In this document: positions 41,544 through 52,200 of the stretch, piece after piece
Numbering within the stretch: the stretch's first letter is position 1
Layout: each line of letters opens with the position of its first letter
Source of the DNA: Lachnospiraceae bacterium
Lineage (GTDB): Bacteria; Bacillota; Clostridia; Lachnospirales; Lachnospiraceae
NCBI GenBank assembly: GCA_045632875.1
Contig: JAZQXN010000004.1
Location: forward strand, 40,030-104,029
Length of the DNA: 64,000 nucleotides
Reading direction: 5' to 3'
Notes under the pieces: model-generated
What the model was told of the DNA's origin: nothing
The model's database searches: none
What the model saw: only the letters and a program-made list of their open reading frames with translations
Made by a program: the position numbers and the translations under genes

Positions 41544-43451
41544 CTATTTTAATTTTCGTTTATCCCCTACCTTTGTGGTGATTTTTCTTTTGTCGAAGGC
41601 TTCCAACAAAAGAACGGCAAACTTTCTTGAAGTTCCCAGTCCGTCCCTATATTCTCCCAAGGTGATTGTGTCATGATTTTTCAGATAGTCATGTAAGAAA
41701 CCAACCGCCTTGTCCCAATATTCTCTATCTATATAATATGGGTGTTCAATTTTAATTAGAACCTGATTTTTTACCAAATCTTCTACAATCAAAGAAACAG
41801 CCTTCTTGTCTTTAAATTCTTCTAACACCTCATTTAATGCCGGGACCTCAAATCCTGCCTTTTTATATATTTCTTTCACCCGGCTCCGTACTTTTAAAAA
41901 CTCATTCGTATACTTTGCCTCAAATGACGCTAACGCCACAGTTGACTGATTGATGCCTATTATTTCTCCTGCAACAAGCTCATTTAAAATAATTTCCCCG
42001 CTTTTCACATCATTTAACTTCATAAATTCTTTTAATCTGCTCTTGAATTCTTCTTTATCCATTCCGGGTGCTATGGGATGGTTCTTATGAAACTCGCCTA
42101 ATGTATCACTTGCAAATTGAACAAATCGTGTTCTGATATCTTTATGATAATAAAGGCCTCCATCTGTCACAAACACGAGCCCCTTTTTTGTCAATTGATT
42201 TAAAACTACATCCGCCTCCTGCACCGAAATGCCCAGTCTGGCGGCAAAATGACTGCCTTCCCTGAAAAAAAGACTATCTTCTTTCACCATTACAGCCATT
42301 ACTTCTTCTTCAGTACCATTTTCCTTAATATATAATTCTTCAATAACTGCCGGATCCTCTCTTTTATGTTTACATGCTTTAGGCTCCAATACAACGCCAC
42401 CCCCAAAGGTTTCTATGGGGGAATAAAACCGGATTATAAATTTATCTCCTTTTTTCACTGTAACAGGGGCATCAAACCTAAGTTGTGCCAAGGCACTTTC
42501 TCCCGCCAAAAGGTGTTCCTTATCCAATAATATAACTTTGGTAATAACCTGAGCCGAACCATAATTTATATGCACTCTGTCTGCCGTTTTTAAACCCCTC
42601 TTGGTAGAATCAAAAAGTCTGATTCTTACATCTACAAAATCACTTAATTCCATACTTCCCGGCGCTGCTAAAACAAAACCACGACAGATTCCGTCTTTTT
42701 TCACTCCGGAAAGATTAATAGCGGTTCTTTGACCGGCATAGGCTGTTTCTACCGGTTCAGAGTGAACTTCAATTCCTCGAATTTTTACCCGTTCGCCGGT
42801 TGGGTAAAGTATCACTTCATTTCCTACGGAAACACACCCTTCCAACAACGTTCCTGTAATAACTGTTCCAAACCCTTCCATGGAAAAAACACGGTCAATG
42901 GGCAGTCGGAACAATCCGGCTTCTGTTCTCCGTGCCTTTGTAAAAAAAACCTCTTCTACAATCAGTTTTTTTAATTCTTCAATATTGTATCCGGTAAAAG
43001 AAGATACCTCCACCATTTTAGCTCCTTCCATAAAGGTACCTTCCAACATGGCTTCTACATCTGCTTTAACCAACTCTGCCCACTCATATTCCACCAGATC
43101 TGCCTTTGTTAATACCACAATTCCCTTTGGTATATTTAACATTTTTAGTACTTCAAAATGCTCCATAGTTTGAGGCATAACACCTTCATCTAAAGCAATC
43201 ACCAGTAAAACCAAATCAATCCCACCGATTCCGGCCAGCATATTTTTTATAAATTTCTCATGACCGGGAACATCAATAATACCAATCTTTAAATCTTCTT
43301 CTACAGGCATATTGGTAAATCCAAGTTCAATGGTTATTCCACGTTTTTTCTCTTCCTGTAAACGGTCTGTATCTGTACCTGTTAATGCTTTTATCAGACA
43401 GGTTTTCCCATGGTCTACATGACCCGCCGTTCCAACAATAACATTTTTCAT
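41544..43451 (-). CDS. selB: Selenocysteine-specific elongation factor
   Basis: [19 protein letters not shown] and DVPGHEKF; C-terminal SECIS-binding winged helix [19 protein letters not shown]...GDKR. Confidence 0.96.
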   Translation of the reverse strand: MKNVIVGTAGHVDHGKTCLIKALTGTDTDRLQEEKKRGITIELGFTNMPVEEDLKIGIIDVPGHEKFIKNMLAGIGGIDLVLLVIALDEGVMPQTMEHFEVLKMLNIPKGIVVLTKADLVEYEWAELVKADVEAMLEGTFMEGAKMVEVSSFTGYNIEELKKLIVEEVFFTKARRTEAGLFRLPIDRVFSMEGFGTVITGTLLEGCVSVGNEVILYPTGERVKIRGIEVHSEPVETAYAGQRTAINLSGVKKDGICRGFVLAAPGSMELSDFVDVRIRLFDSTKRGLKTADRVHINYGSAQVITKVILLDKEHLLAGESALAQLRFDAPVTVKKGDKFIIRFYSPIETFGGGVVLEPKACKHKREDPAVIEELYIKENGTEEEVMAVMVKEDSLFFREGSHFAARLGISVQEADVVLNQLTKKGLVFVTDGGLYYHKDIRTRFVQFASDTLGEFHKNHPIAPGMDKEEFKSRLKEFMKLNDVKSGEIILNELVAGEIIGINQSTVALASFEAKYTNEFLKVRSRVKEIYKKAGFEVPALNEVLEEFKDKKAVSLIVEDLVKNQVLIKIEHPYYIDREYWDKAVGFLHDYLKNHDTITLGEYRDGLGTSRKFAVLLLEAFDKRKITTKVGDKRKLK

Positions 43452-43466
43452 TTCCTTTCCTCCGGA

Positions 43467-44879
43467 CTATTTGCCACCTTCTGTTAATTTCTTTATCTGC
43501 GAAAAATTCTGACCAATCGCAGGAATCTCCCCCATATCAACTGTCCTTACATGAATGCGGATTCGATCATGGAATATACGGACAATCATAGGTAATTCTG
43601 CTTTTCTTAACATAGTTTCCGCTTTTTGCACAGGAATTCCTTTTAAGTCCACTTCAACAGCGTATCCGTGCAGAACCGTTGTTGGTGCGCTGCCACCTCC
43701 CACACTGTCTTCACATGGCACAATACTGTATTCAAAGCCTCCCGCTTTCTTTGTTAAAGCCTGTTTTAATTTCTCCGCCTTTTCCCATAATTCTTCTTTT
43801 GAAACAGTTATCATTTTTAATACCGGATTTTCTTTCAAAACTTCCCGGGAATCTAAATACTGTCGGAAGGTATCCTCTGCCGCCGCCAAAGTCATTTTAT
43901 CCACACGGAATGCCCTTGCTAACGGATGGCCTTTCATAATATCTATATACTTCTTTTTTCCGGCTAAAATGCCTGCCTGAGGACCTCCAAGAAGCTTGTC
44001 CCCGCTAAAAAGTATCAGATCAATGCCTGTTGCCATTGCGGCGGTTACATTTGGCTCATCCACTCCATAGCGGCTTAAATCCGCAATCAAACCGCTACCC
44101 ATGTCATAAATAACAGGAACATTACACTTCTTGCCCAACTCAACCAATTCCGGAAGTTCAACCTCTTTAGTAAATCCCACCATACGGTAATTACTTGTAT
44201 GAACCTTCAAAAAAGCTGCTGTCCGCTCTTCGTCGTACGCGGTAATATAGTCTTTAATATGAGTCTTATTAGTGGCTCCAACCTCTTTTAAAATGGCACC
44301 GCTTTGCTCCATAATTTCCGGGATTCTGAAACTTCCGCCAATTTCCACAAGCTCTCCTCTGGAAACCACAACCTCTTTATCTTTTGCCAACGCCGCTAAA
44401 ACAATCATTGTGGCAGCAGCATTGTTGTTCACAATCATTGCCGCTTCAGCACCTGTAATCTGTTTAATTATTTCTTCTACATGGTCGTGCCTGGAGCCAC
44501 GTCCCCCTTTTTCCAAATCGTATTCACAGGTAGAATAATGACCTGCAATTTCCGCAAGATGTTCCACAGTTTTTGGTGAAAGATTGGCTCTCCCTAAATT
44601 CGTATGCAACACAACACCGGTTCCGTTTACAACTCTTCTTAAGCTGTATCGGTCCTCTGTGGTAACATTTTTCTTCACTCTTTCTATGATTTCTTCTATG
44701 GACGGGACATGGTCTTGTTCTCCGGAAAGTATTCCTTTCCGGATATTTTCCGTAATCTTTCTAAGTTCTTCTACTACCACAGCCCGTGGATGTTTATCTA
44801 ACAAAAAAACGAGCTGCTCTGCTATGAGCATCTCGTCAATCTTTGGTATACCACGTAAAAGTTCTTTACGATTCTTCAT
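43467..44879 (-). CDS. selA: L-seryl-tRNA(Sec) selenium transferase
   Basis: VNGTGVVLHTNLGRA, VNNNAAA, SRGELVEIGGSFR and FSGDKLLGGPQAG; true ATG 44879 follows GGAGG. Confidence 0.96.
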   Translation of the reverse strand: MKNRKELLRGIPKIDEMLIAEQLVFLLDKHPRAVVVEELRKITENIRKGILSGEQDHVPSIEEIIERVKKNVTTEDRYSLRRVVNGTGVVLHTNLGRANLSPKTVEHLAEIAGHYSTCEYDLEKGGRGSRHDHVEEIIKQITGAEAAMIVNNNAAATMIVLAALAKDKEVVVSRGELVEIGGSFRIPEIMEQSGAILKEVGATNKTHIKDYITAYDEERTAAFLKVHTSNYRMVGFTKEVELPELVELGKKCNVPVIYDMGSGLIADLSRYGVDEPNVTAAMATGIDLILFSGDKLLGGPQAGILAGKKKYIDIMKGHPLARAFRVDKMTLAAAEDTFRQYLDSREVLKENPVLKMITVSKEELWEKAEKLKQALTKKAGGFEYSIVPCEDSVGGGSAPTTVLHGYAVEVDLKGIPVQKAETMLRKAELPMIVRIFHDRIRIHVRTVDMGEIPAIGQNFSQIKKLTEGGK

Positions 44880-44911
44880 TCTTTTCCTCCAAGCCGATAT
44901 TTCAACTATAA

Positions 44912-45005
44912 CGAGAGAGGTGGGAATCGAACCCACCCGGGAGGCTCTTAACCCCCCACAACGGTTTTGAAGACCGCGAGGCACACCAGCTACCTATCTG
45001 CTCTC
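44912..45005 (-). tRNA. selC: tRNA-Sec (anticodon UCA)
   Basis: Anticodon loop CT-TCA-AA (44968-44970), long variable arm, T-arm GTGGG-TTCGATT-CCCAC, discriminator G; directly upstream of selA; CCA not encoded. Confidence 0.93.
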
Positions 45006-45018
45006 CTATTTATATCTT

Positions 45019-45079
45019 GTGTACCTCTGCCCGGTTTCATTCATACATGTATTTGAGAAAAACAGGCAGAGGGTATCAC
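45019..45079. other. Stem-loop between grdCD and selC (possible processing or pause site)
   Basis: CCTCTGCC/GGCAGAGG inverted repeat with no U tract on the coding strand. Confidence 0.45.
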
Positions 45080-45104
45080 AGAAAAAAATCACCTATTTCA
45101 TTTA

Positions 45105-47651
45105 CTAACTTATATATCCTGCTGCCTGTAAAAGCTCCAGGGATTTTTCTTTTTTATCTTCTGCCATCATTACGATAGGACCTGTACATCCCATACCGCT
45201 CTCTGCATAAATTCCCGCTTTCCAGAGGGTATTTACTGCATCTTCCAAGTCCAACACTTCAACACCGGCAATCTGTGCAGTACACACTTCTTTTTCCGGC
45301 ATTTTGGTAAGTTCTTCCTTTGTTTCTTCCTTCTTTACAGACTTGATATCTGATAATATTCTATCTAAACCTGCAACTTTTGCCTTGGTCAATTCTTTTT
45401 CCATAATCTGATTCCACTGATTCTTTACAAGGTTTGTGGCAAATTCCACTGCCCCTGCAATCACCGGCGTTCCACTGGCTCTGGATATAATCAATATTAA
45501 ATCTTTTAAACCTTCACCAATACCCGGGCCATAACCAAACCCAAGGGATTCATAGCTTCCTCCTGTGGTATAAGAGGAGAATATTTTCATCATCAGGTTT
45601 CCGGTCAAAGAATCCATTACCATAACATCCGCAGTACCTGCAAGAAGATCGTTTCCTCTCATTACAATACCGCCGTCAGCTCTCATAGACTCAGAAAAAT
45701 GAATGTCATATCCATTTTCCTTAAGTTTAAGCAACGCCTTCTCCGTTTGTCTTGCTCCGTCAATATTGGCAATGCCAACAGTTGGATGTTCTATACCATC
45801 TGCCTTAGCCGCAATAATACCGTAAATAGCATTTTTTACCATACTACATACACGATCTGTATCCGAAGTCCCGGTAGTTGTGGCCAGATACATGCCTTTG
45901 CCAAGTCCCGGAGTAATCACTTTTCCAACAGTGGCAACACCGATTGGAAATGGATAATGCATGGTAACCGCACCGGCAATTTCTCCGGATTTAAGTTTTG
46001 TTTCCATGACTTTATGGGCATCATCCCCCTGAATCAGCTCTACCTTACAGCCTTTGCGTTCTGCGTCTGCAATTGCCTGACAGAACACTTCGTCTCCGTG
46101 TTCACTTCCCTCTACCACAATACCGATAATTGGTTTTGCATTGCTTTGGGCCGGTTCCATGTTTACCGCCTCTCCTGCTTGTCCTTCTGTGGTTTTGTTC
46201 TTTCCTTCATTTGCCCAAACTACAAAAGATGCTCCGTCAAAAAGGTTTGTCATTCTTCCTAAAAACAAACTTCCTTTTCCGATAATCATGGCATTCTTTG
46301 TCTTTCCTTCCAGAATTTCATCCCGCAATAAGCCAAGATAAGGGATTCCTGACGGAATATGTCCCTGTGTGGGAGCCCAACCTACCAAACCATGTTTTTC
46401 CACAAATGCAGGAATTTCTGCTCTCTCAATATCCCCTCGTTTTACTGCCAAAGCAGCAATCATTTTATAGTTTGCTTCCGGAACATCTCCTGCTCCTGCA
46501 GGCTTGGTAATATCCGGATTCTGCATCTCCGGAGAAAATTTATCAATATCCGTTACCTTTAATCCCACTCTGTCCAATGGTTCCGTCACTAAAGATCCAA
46601 TAACATTCTGAGGTGCAGAACCGGTTCCTACCGTATGACGACCCACAATATCCGTACGGATCTGAGGATTTACTCCATCATCAGCAGTAAGCAACACTGC
46701 GAATCCTGCAATAGCATCTTCTAAGATCGGCATACCCTTTTTTACATGGTCTTTACCATTCATACCAAGCTTTGCTGTGCATCCGCCTGCTGTTACTGCA
46801 ACACATTTAAAGGTTCCTGCCTGAACCAAAGAAGCTGCACTTAAAATGGCGTGTGCCGGTCCTGCACAAAATCCTCTGGTATCGGAACCGGTAGCATTAT
46901 GAAAGCCTGCCACTTCTGCAGCTGCTTTAGCAAAGTTTCCCCCGCCTCGCTGATTCATATCACCACAGGCTTCTTCACAACAGTCAATTACATATTGAAT
47001 ATCCTCCGGATTTACCCCTGTTTTTTCTACCATGTGTAACAGCGAAAGCACACTGGATGCCTTGGTAACTAAATTTTCAAACATTACATGAGCTGAGAGG
47101 TTCACATCCACATCATGGGCACGCTTAATGGCACCAACTAATTTTCCGTTGTGGTATAAACCTTCCCCGTGTTCCTCGTTAACAAGATGCTCAATTGTTT
47201 TTAAATCATTCTCATTTTTATCTAAAATCGCTGCTCTTTCTTCGCCAATTAATTTGTGAGCAGCAAGTTTCTTTCGTACATCAGCAGCAAAATCTTTTTC
47301 CAATTGCACCAGTTCAAAAGCATCACAAATTTGCATTAAGCCGATAAATTCATCCTGTGGCATTATTTCGCCATACTTACCGTCTCTTGAAGCACCTTCA
47401 AACTTCTTGTCATACCATGGAAATTCTGTATTTCTTAAAATTTCATATGTTGTATTTCCGATATACACCTGATTAGGAATATAGGAAACTGCGTCCTCAT
47501 AACTTCTTAGGTGTTTTGGCAGTTCCTTCAAATATTCGGAATCAGGATTAACTATCATTTCCGTTGTCTGGGTGGTTCCATTATGCAGAACCATATCAGG
47601 GGTTATAGCTAAGGTATAGCTTACCCCCTTTAAAACAGCATATCCGTTCAT
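45105..47651 (-). CDS. grdCD: Glycine reductase complex protein C, fused GrdC-GrdD (848 aa)
   Basis: N-terminal GrdC (HNGTTQTTE, EEACGDMNQRGGGN, GKGSLFLGRMTNLFDG) in frame with GrdD (TMHYPFPIGV, SRASG, active-site ESGMGCTGP); ATG 47651 follows GAGGTG. Confidence 0.9.
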   Translation of the reverse strand: MNGYAVLKGVSYTLAITPDMVLHNGTTQTTEMIVNPDSEYLKELPKHLRSYEDAVSYIPNQVYIGNTTYEILRNTEFPWYDKKFEGASRDGKYGEIMPQDEFIGLMQICDAFELVQLEKDFAADVRKKLAAHKLIGEERAAILDKNENDLKTIEHLVNEEHGEGLYHNGKLVGAIKRAHDVDVNLSAHVMFENLVTKASSVLSLLHMVEKTGVNPEDIQYVIDCCEEACGDMNQRGGGNFAKAAAEVAGFHNATGSDTRGFCAGPAHAILSAASLVQAGTFKCVAVTAGGCTAKLGMNGKDHVKKGMPILEDAIAGFAVLLTADDGVNPQIRTDIVGRHTVGTGSAPQNVIGSLVTEPLDRVGLKVTDIDKFSPEMQNPDITKPAGAGDVPEANYKMIAALAVKRGDIERAEIPAFVEKHGLVGWAPTQGHIPSGIPYLGLLRDEILEGKTKNAMIIGKGSLFLGRMTNLFDGASFVVWANEGKNKTTEGQAGEAVNMEPAQSNAKPIIGIVVEGSEHGDEVFCQAIADAERKGCKVELIQGDDAHKVMETKLKSGEIAGAVTMHYPFPIGVATVGKVITPGLGKGMYLATTTGTSDTDRVCSMVKNAIYGIIAAKADGIEHPTVGIANIDGARQTEKALLKLKENGYDIHFSESMRADGGIVMRGNDLLAGTADVMVMDSLTGNLMMKIFSSYTTGGSYESLGFGYGPGIGEGLKDLILIISRASGTPVIAGAVEFATNLVKNQWNQIMEKELTKAKVAGLDRILSDIKSVKKEETKEELTKMPEKEVCTAQIAGVEVLDLEDAVNTLWKAGIYAESGMGCTGPIVMMAEDKKEKSLELLQAAGYIS

Positions 47652-47687
47652 TTTTATATTCACCTCAAATAATATTCTTTTAAACAA

Positions 47688-47721
47688 GACGCAGGTCATA
47701 CATCCCTGTATAACCCGCGTC
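47688..47721 (-). terminator. Terminator-like hairpin between grdA and grdCD
   Basis: GACGCGGGTTATACA-GGGA-TGTATGACCTGCGTC followed by TTGTTT. Confidence 0.55.
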
Positions 47722-47758
47722 ATTCTGTCATGGAATGTTATTACCTTCCAACTGTATT

Positions 47759-48229
47759 TTAATACTTAGAGTACTGTTCTCTTATTGATGCCATTTCATT
47801 GCTGATATCATCAACATCAAGTACCATTTCCATCATGCCGATCTGGTCATCATAAACACCGGCATCAAATTCTGCCTTGATAGCTTCTTCACAGCAATGG
47901 TACACACATAGTCCCAACTGGACTCCTGCTAAAGGACCTGCATAAGTCGGATCTCCTGCGGTTACTGTTTCAGCCGCCAAACCGGCCGCTTCACCTTCTG
48001 CCGCACCCAGAACTACTACTACGTTCTGTGCTCCATATTTTTCAGAGATCTCTAAAACTCTTTTTTGATTTTCCAAGTCCATAGCACCAGCGGCCGTTCA
48101 GACAAAGCACTCCGTGGATGAGAAAACAACTTCGCCGCCTGCAGTTTCAACACAAGCTTCGATTGCTGGTCCCGGAACACCATCACGGTCACCGATGATG
48201 ACAACTTTTTTGTCTTTTAAGATTGCCAT
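47759..48229 (-). CDS. grdA: Glycine reductase selenoprotein A (156 aa; Sec at TGA 48098-48100)
   Basis: [20 protein letters not shown]...[16 protein letters not shown] (CxxU); the ORF track shows only the part after UGA. Confidence 0.96.
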
Positions 48230-48301
48230 AATCTTTCCCTCCTTAATTTTTGTTTCATTTCACTTAATTGAATATTATCTTTGGTATTTTTTCCATATGC
48301 A

Positions 48302-48619
48302 CTAAGCATATTTCTTTATCATAGCTTCTACAGCTTCAGGTGTAGCGTCATCTTTAACAAGTTCTTCAACTTTCTCTCCACTTTTGTAAATGGCAATTAC
48401 AGGCAGGCCCATAATCTTCTGTCCAATTGCAAGACGACGGGCTTTCGTTGTATTTAATGCGCAGAACTTAATGGTTTTTCCGTATTTTTCCGCATAAGCA
48501 TGTACATGTGGCATAAGCGCCGCACATGGTACACAGCCATCACCGTAAAAATCCACCAAAACAGTTCCTTCCGCCTGTAATACCTCAGCGTCAAAATTGT
48601 CCTTTGTTAATTCTAACAA
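48302..48619 (-). CDS. trxA: Thioredoxin, glycine-reductase type
   Basis: GCVPC active site; TTG start after AGGAGG. Confidence 0.9.
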   Translation of the reverse strand: MLELTKDNFDAEVLQAEGTVLVDFYGDGCVPCAALMPHVHAYAEKYGKTIKFCALNTTKARRLAIGQKIMGLPVIAIYKSGEKVEELVKDDATPEAVEAMIKKYA

Positions 48620-48631
48620 GCTGACATCCTC

Positions 48632-49573
48632 CTATTTTAAATTTGAAATATAGTGCTCAACCTGCATTGCAGCAATGGCACCATCTGCTGCCGCGGTAAT
48701 TACCTGACGTAAACTCTTTTTACGAAGGTCGCCGGCCGCATACACTCCCGGTATATTTGTAGCCATATTTTCATCTGTTAAAATATAGCCATTTTCCATT
48801 TCAACTTTTCCTTCAAATAATTCTGTACGCGGAATATAGCCAATAAAACCAAATACTCCAAACATTCCGTCGGCTTCATCTGCTTCTAATCTGGTTACTT
48901 CACCGGTTTTAACATTTTTAACTGTCATTGCAGATAAAACATCATTTCCCTGAAGCTCTTCAACTACGGTATCCCACATAAAGTGAAGTTTCGGATTGGC
49001 AAATGCCTTTTCCTGAATGGATTTTGCCGCACGAAGCTCATCTCTACGATGGATTACTGTAACCTTACGGGCAAATTTGGAAAGGTACATAGCTTCTTCA
49101 ACTGCAGAGTCTCCTCCACCAATGACAAACACTTCAAAATCTTCAAAGAAAGCACCGTCACATGTAGCACAATAAGATACACCTCTACCTGTAAACTCTG
49201 CTTCTCCTTTACATCCGATTGGTCTTGGATAAGCACCTGTAGCAAGAATAATTGCACGTGCCTGATAGGTACCCTTTGAACATGTTACTGTTTTTACCGG
49301 TCCGTCCAGTTCAACTTCTTTAACAGTATCAGATACTCTCTGTGCGCCAAACTTCGCTGCCTGTTCTGACATACGGGCAATTAAAGATGCCCCGCTTTCT
49401 CCTTCCACGATCTGTCCCGGATAGTTTTCAATTTCGTCTGTCAGGGCAATCTGTCCGCCATCAATACCTTTTTCAATAATCAAAGTATCAAGACGGCTTC
49501 TTCCCGCGTAGAGCCCTGCTGTCAAACCGCCAGGGCCTGCACCTAAAATAATAAGGTCATAAATTTTGTCCAT
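48632..49573 (-). CDS. trxB: Thioredoxin reductase
   Basis: GAGPGG, GVSYCATCDG, GGGDSA and HRRD. Confidence 0.95.
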   Translation of the reverse strand: MDKIYDLIILGAGPGGLTAGLYAGRSRLDTLIIEKGIDGGQIALTDEIENYPGQIVEGESGASLIARMSEQAAKFGAQRVSDTVKEVELDGPVKTVTCSKGTYQARAIILATGAYPRPIGCKGEAEFTGRGVSYCATCDGAFFEDFEVFVIGGGDSAVEEAMYLSKFARKVTVIHRRDELRAAKSIQEKAFANPKLHFMWDTVVEELQGNDVLSAMTVKNVKTGEVTRLEADEADGMFGVFGFIGYIPRTELFEGKVEMENGYILTDENMATNIPGVYAAGDLRKKSLRQVITAAADGAIAAMQVEHYISNLK

Positions 49574-49587
49574 TTTCCTAAAACTCC

Positions 49588-50892
49588 TTATTCAAAGATT
49601 GTTTGATCTTCTACCTCCGTTTGTAGAGCCTCAAGAGCTTTATCCAGAATGTTTCTTCTAATATCTTTCTCTTCTTCCATGGTTAACCCCGGATTACCAA
49701 GTGGATAAGGAATCGCAATAGCCGGAACAATTCTATTGGCTCCTACCGTCATAGAGATAGGTGTTACTGTACATATGTGAACAACCGGGATTCCGGAACG
49801 TTCAATCTCTTTTACCATCGTTGCGCCGCAACGTGTACAGGTACCTCACGTAGAGGTGAGTATAACAGCATCTACTCCGTCTGCTTTTAACTCTTTTGCA
49901 TATTCTGCAGCAAAAGCTTTGGAGTTGGCAACAGATGTACCATTACCTGTTGTGGTATAAAAATAACGGTGTAAACTGCCGATTTTGCCCTCTTTCTCAA
50001 ATTCCCGTAAAATATCTACCGGCAACACTCTGTCCGCATCATTGTTGGCATAGCTTGGGTCATAGCCACCGTGAGCTGTCTCATAGGTCTCTTCTGTCAG
50101 GTCCATAACCCCTTCAATGTCATATTTTCCATACTTGGATGCACTGGAGGCTTCAATATGGTCCGGATTGTGCTTCGGCACAATACCGCCGGATGTCACT
50201 AAAGCCACCTTTGCTTTGGTAATATCTTTTACAGCCGGATTTGGGGCAACGCGGTCAAATTCAGGCATAGGAAATTCTGTGGTAAACTCTTTTCCTGCCA
50301 ATTTTAAAACCATCATATCAACCGCTCTTTCGGCGCCTCGTTTTTCTTCAAAGAAATTTACACGCACACCGTTTGGCATGTAATTATCTTCCTTGGATGA
50401 ACCTAGTGGTTCCCCCTTACCTAATTTTAATGCTAAAGGTGCCATCTTGGCAACAGCATCTTTCATTCCCGCCGCACTATTTTTTGTAGGAACGATATAA
50501 ACTTCGTTTTTCAAGTCTGCGCCCGGGTTTTCTTTATACATACCTGTCAAAACAGGAATATTTAATTCTTCTTTTACTGCCTTGGCAACGCTTGCACATG
50601 CAAATCCGTAACGTCCGGCATTAAATGCAGGTCCGCAAATAACCACGTCCGGATTTTGTTCCTTAATCATTTCAAGCACTGTTTGGGTAGCTTCTTTAAT
50701 ATTTTCACCGAAATAGGAATCACCACAAATAACAGTGGCCACAATTTGTGCTTCCTCTTTAAAATTCATGTTAAAGGCCATACCCGGTCCTACATGTCCT
50801 TCTCTGATTTCCGGCTTAATGTGTGCCATTTCTTCACCACCGATATTAGCGAAGAACTGGTTAATATAATGAACAACTCTTAATTTAGCCAT
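49588..50892 (-). CDS. grdB: Glycine reductase selenoprotein B (434 aa; Sec at TGA 49846-49848)
   Basis: VHYINQFF, GPAFNAGRYG and ILTST-U-GTCTRC (UxxCxxC); two track ORFs are joined in frame across TGA. Confidence 0.95.
49819..49833 (-). promoter_or_regulatory. Putative bacterial SECIS of grdB
   Basis: Perfect stem CGUUGC-GGC-GCAACG starting 12 nt after UGA, with G in the apical loop. Confidence 0.65.
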
Positions 50893-50903
50893 TTTTCTTC
50901 CTC

Positions 50904-52184
50904 CTATCTGGCGCTTAATTTATTGAATCCCATTTCGTTGGTAGCACCGGTAATTACCTGAAGTTCCGCATCAATTGAACCATCCGGATTTAAACTTCCG
51001 TCAAAACCACCTGCAATAATGTCCGCAACTTCCGGATAACCAATCACTTTTTCCATTGGCTGTAAACGAATGACCATGTTGGCATTACCGCCTGTTACCA
51101 CCGCATCTGCCTTTGGATCCGCATCCGCCAATGACTGGGATTTACCGTCACGTCCGGCATATTCATCTGTAATAATAACAGTCTTAACACCTTCTTCTTC
51201 AATCTTTTTACAGTTCATAATCAGGTCTGTATCCGGATTACCGAAGCCCTCCTGGGATACGATTGCCCCATCAACACCTAAAAGCCGGCAAAGCTTTGCT
51301 GTCCAGTCAGAGGAGCGCATTTTGTCAGCCAGGAAAACATTTTCGTTGGTAATGATCTGTCCCACAAAATTGATTTCTTTTCCGTGCTTTTTAAACATTT
51401 CTGCAACCACCGGATTATTCAAATGATGGTAAGTGGTGTTTTTATCACAAGCAGATACGCAGTTACCGGATAGAATAGCTCCGTCCATGGTTTCCGTTGG
51501 ATAAATCATGGTTGTAAGGGACTGCTTCATATCTACACCATACACATAGGTGTCATGCATCAGGCCCTGGGATTGAAGCATCTGTACATAAACCACTCTA
51601 GGTAAATCAGGATACATTTCAATCCCTTCTTTAAGATTAGGGGTTTCAAAAGTTTCTACCTCTGTAGCCTCTATATCTTTTGCAAGTTTACCCAAATAGT
51701 TCGCGGTTTTTAAACCTGCAAACCGCACTGCTTTTTCATGGGCATGAGGCTCTAAGTCCTCTACAGGCTCGCAAATAACCACAAGGTTATTTAACTTTGA
51801 AAAAGGTGTGTATTTTGCACCTTCTCCGCTCATATCAATGATACCTTCCTGAAAGGCTACTATCTTACCGGTGGTCACTACCCCGGAGCCCCGTAACACA
51901 TTGGTACGTCCGGAACCTACTGTTTCAACCTTGGAAAGTACGCCCGGGAACATGTTCCCCGGTCCCTGAACCTTTACTCTCGGTTCAATAACATCTTTTA
52001 CCGGCATGATTCTAATACTATCACCCGGTTTCGCAATTTCAAAATCAACTGATTTTAAACTTTCATCTTCTAATAGTAAAGTTCTTAATTCTTCTCTGTT
52101 AACGTAGATGACACCATTTTCCACTTTCGATTCATCTGCAAACTGAATGTCAGTGATATGGATGTAGCCTAACTCAAGTTTCAC
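50904..52184 (-). CDS. grdE: Glycine reductase complex B proprotein (alpha/beta subunits)
   Basis: PVKDVIEPR, QEGIIDMSG, SGNCVSACDKNTTY and EGFGNPD; GTG start. Confidence 0.93.
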   Translation of the reverse strand: MKLELGYIHITDIQFADESKVENGVIYVNREELRTLLLEDESLKSVDFEIAKPGDSIRIMPVKDVIEPRVKVQGPGNMFPGVLSKVETVGSGRTNVLRGSGVVTTGKIVAFQEGIIDMSGEGAKYTPFSKLNNLVVICEPVEDLEPHAHEKAVRFAGLKTANYLGKLAKDIEATEVETFETPNLKEGIEMYPDLPRVVYVQMLQSQGLMHDTYVYGVDMKQSLTTMIYPTETMDGAILSGNCVSACDKNTTYHHLNNPVVAEMFKKHGKEINFVGQIITNENVFLADKMRSSDWTAKLCRLLGVDGAIVSQEGFGNPDTDLIMNCKKIEEEGVKTVIITDEYAGRDGKSQSLADADPKADAVVTGGNANMVIRLQPMEKVIGYPEVADIIAGGFDGSLNPDGSIDAELQVITGATNEMGFNKLSAR

Positions 52185-52200
52185 CTACATTTCCTCCTCT

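Noticed and set aside
44880-44984. N-terminal extension of the selA ORF in the track
   Set aside because: It runs through the tRNA-Sec gene; a good SD precedes ATG 44879
49588-50892. grdB (and grdA) appear split or truncated, like pseudogenes
   Set aside because: The interrupting codons are in-frame TGA at the conserved Sec positions, and selABCD are adjacent
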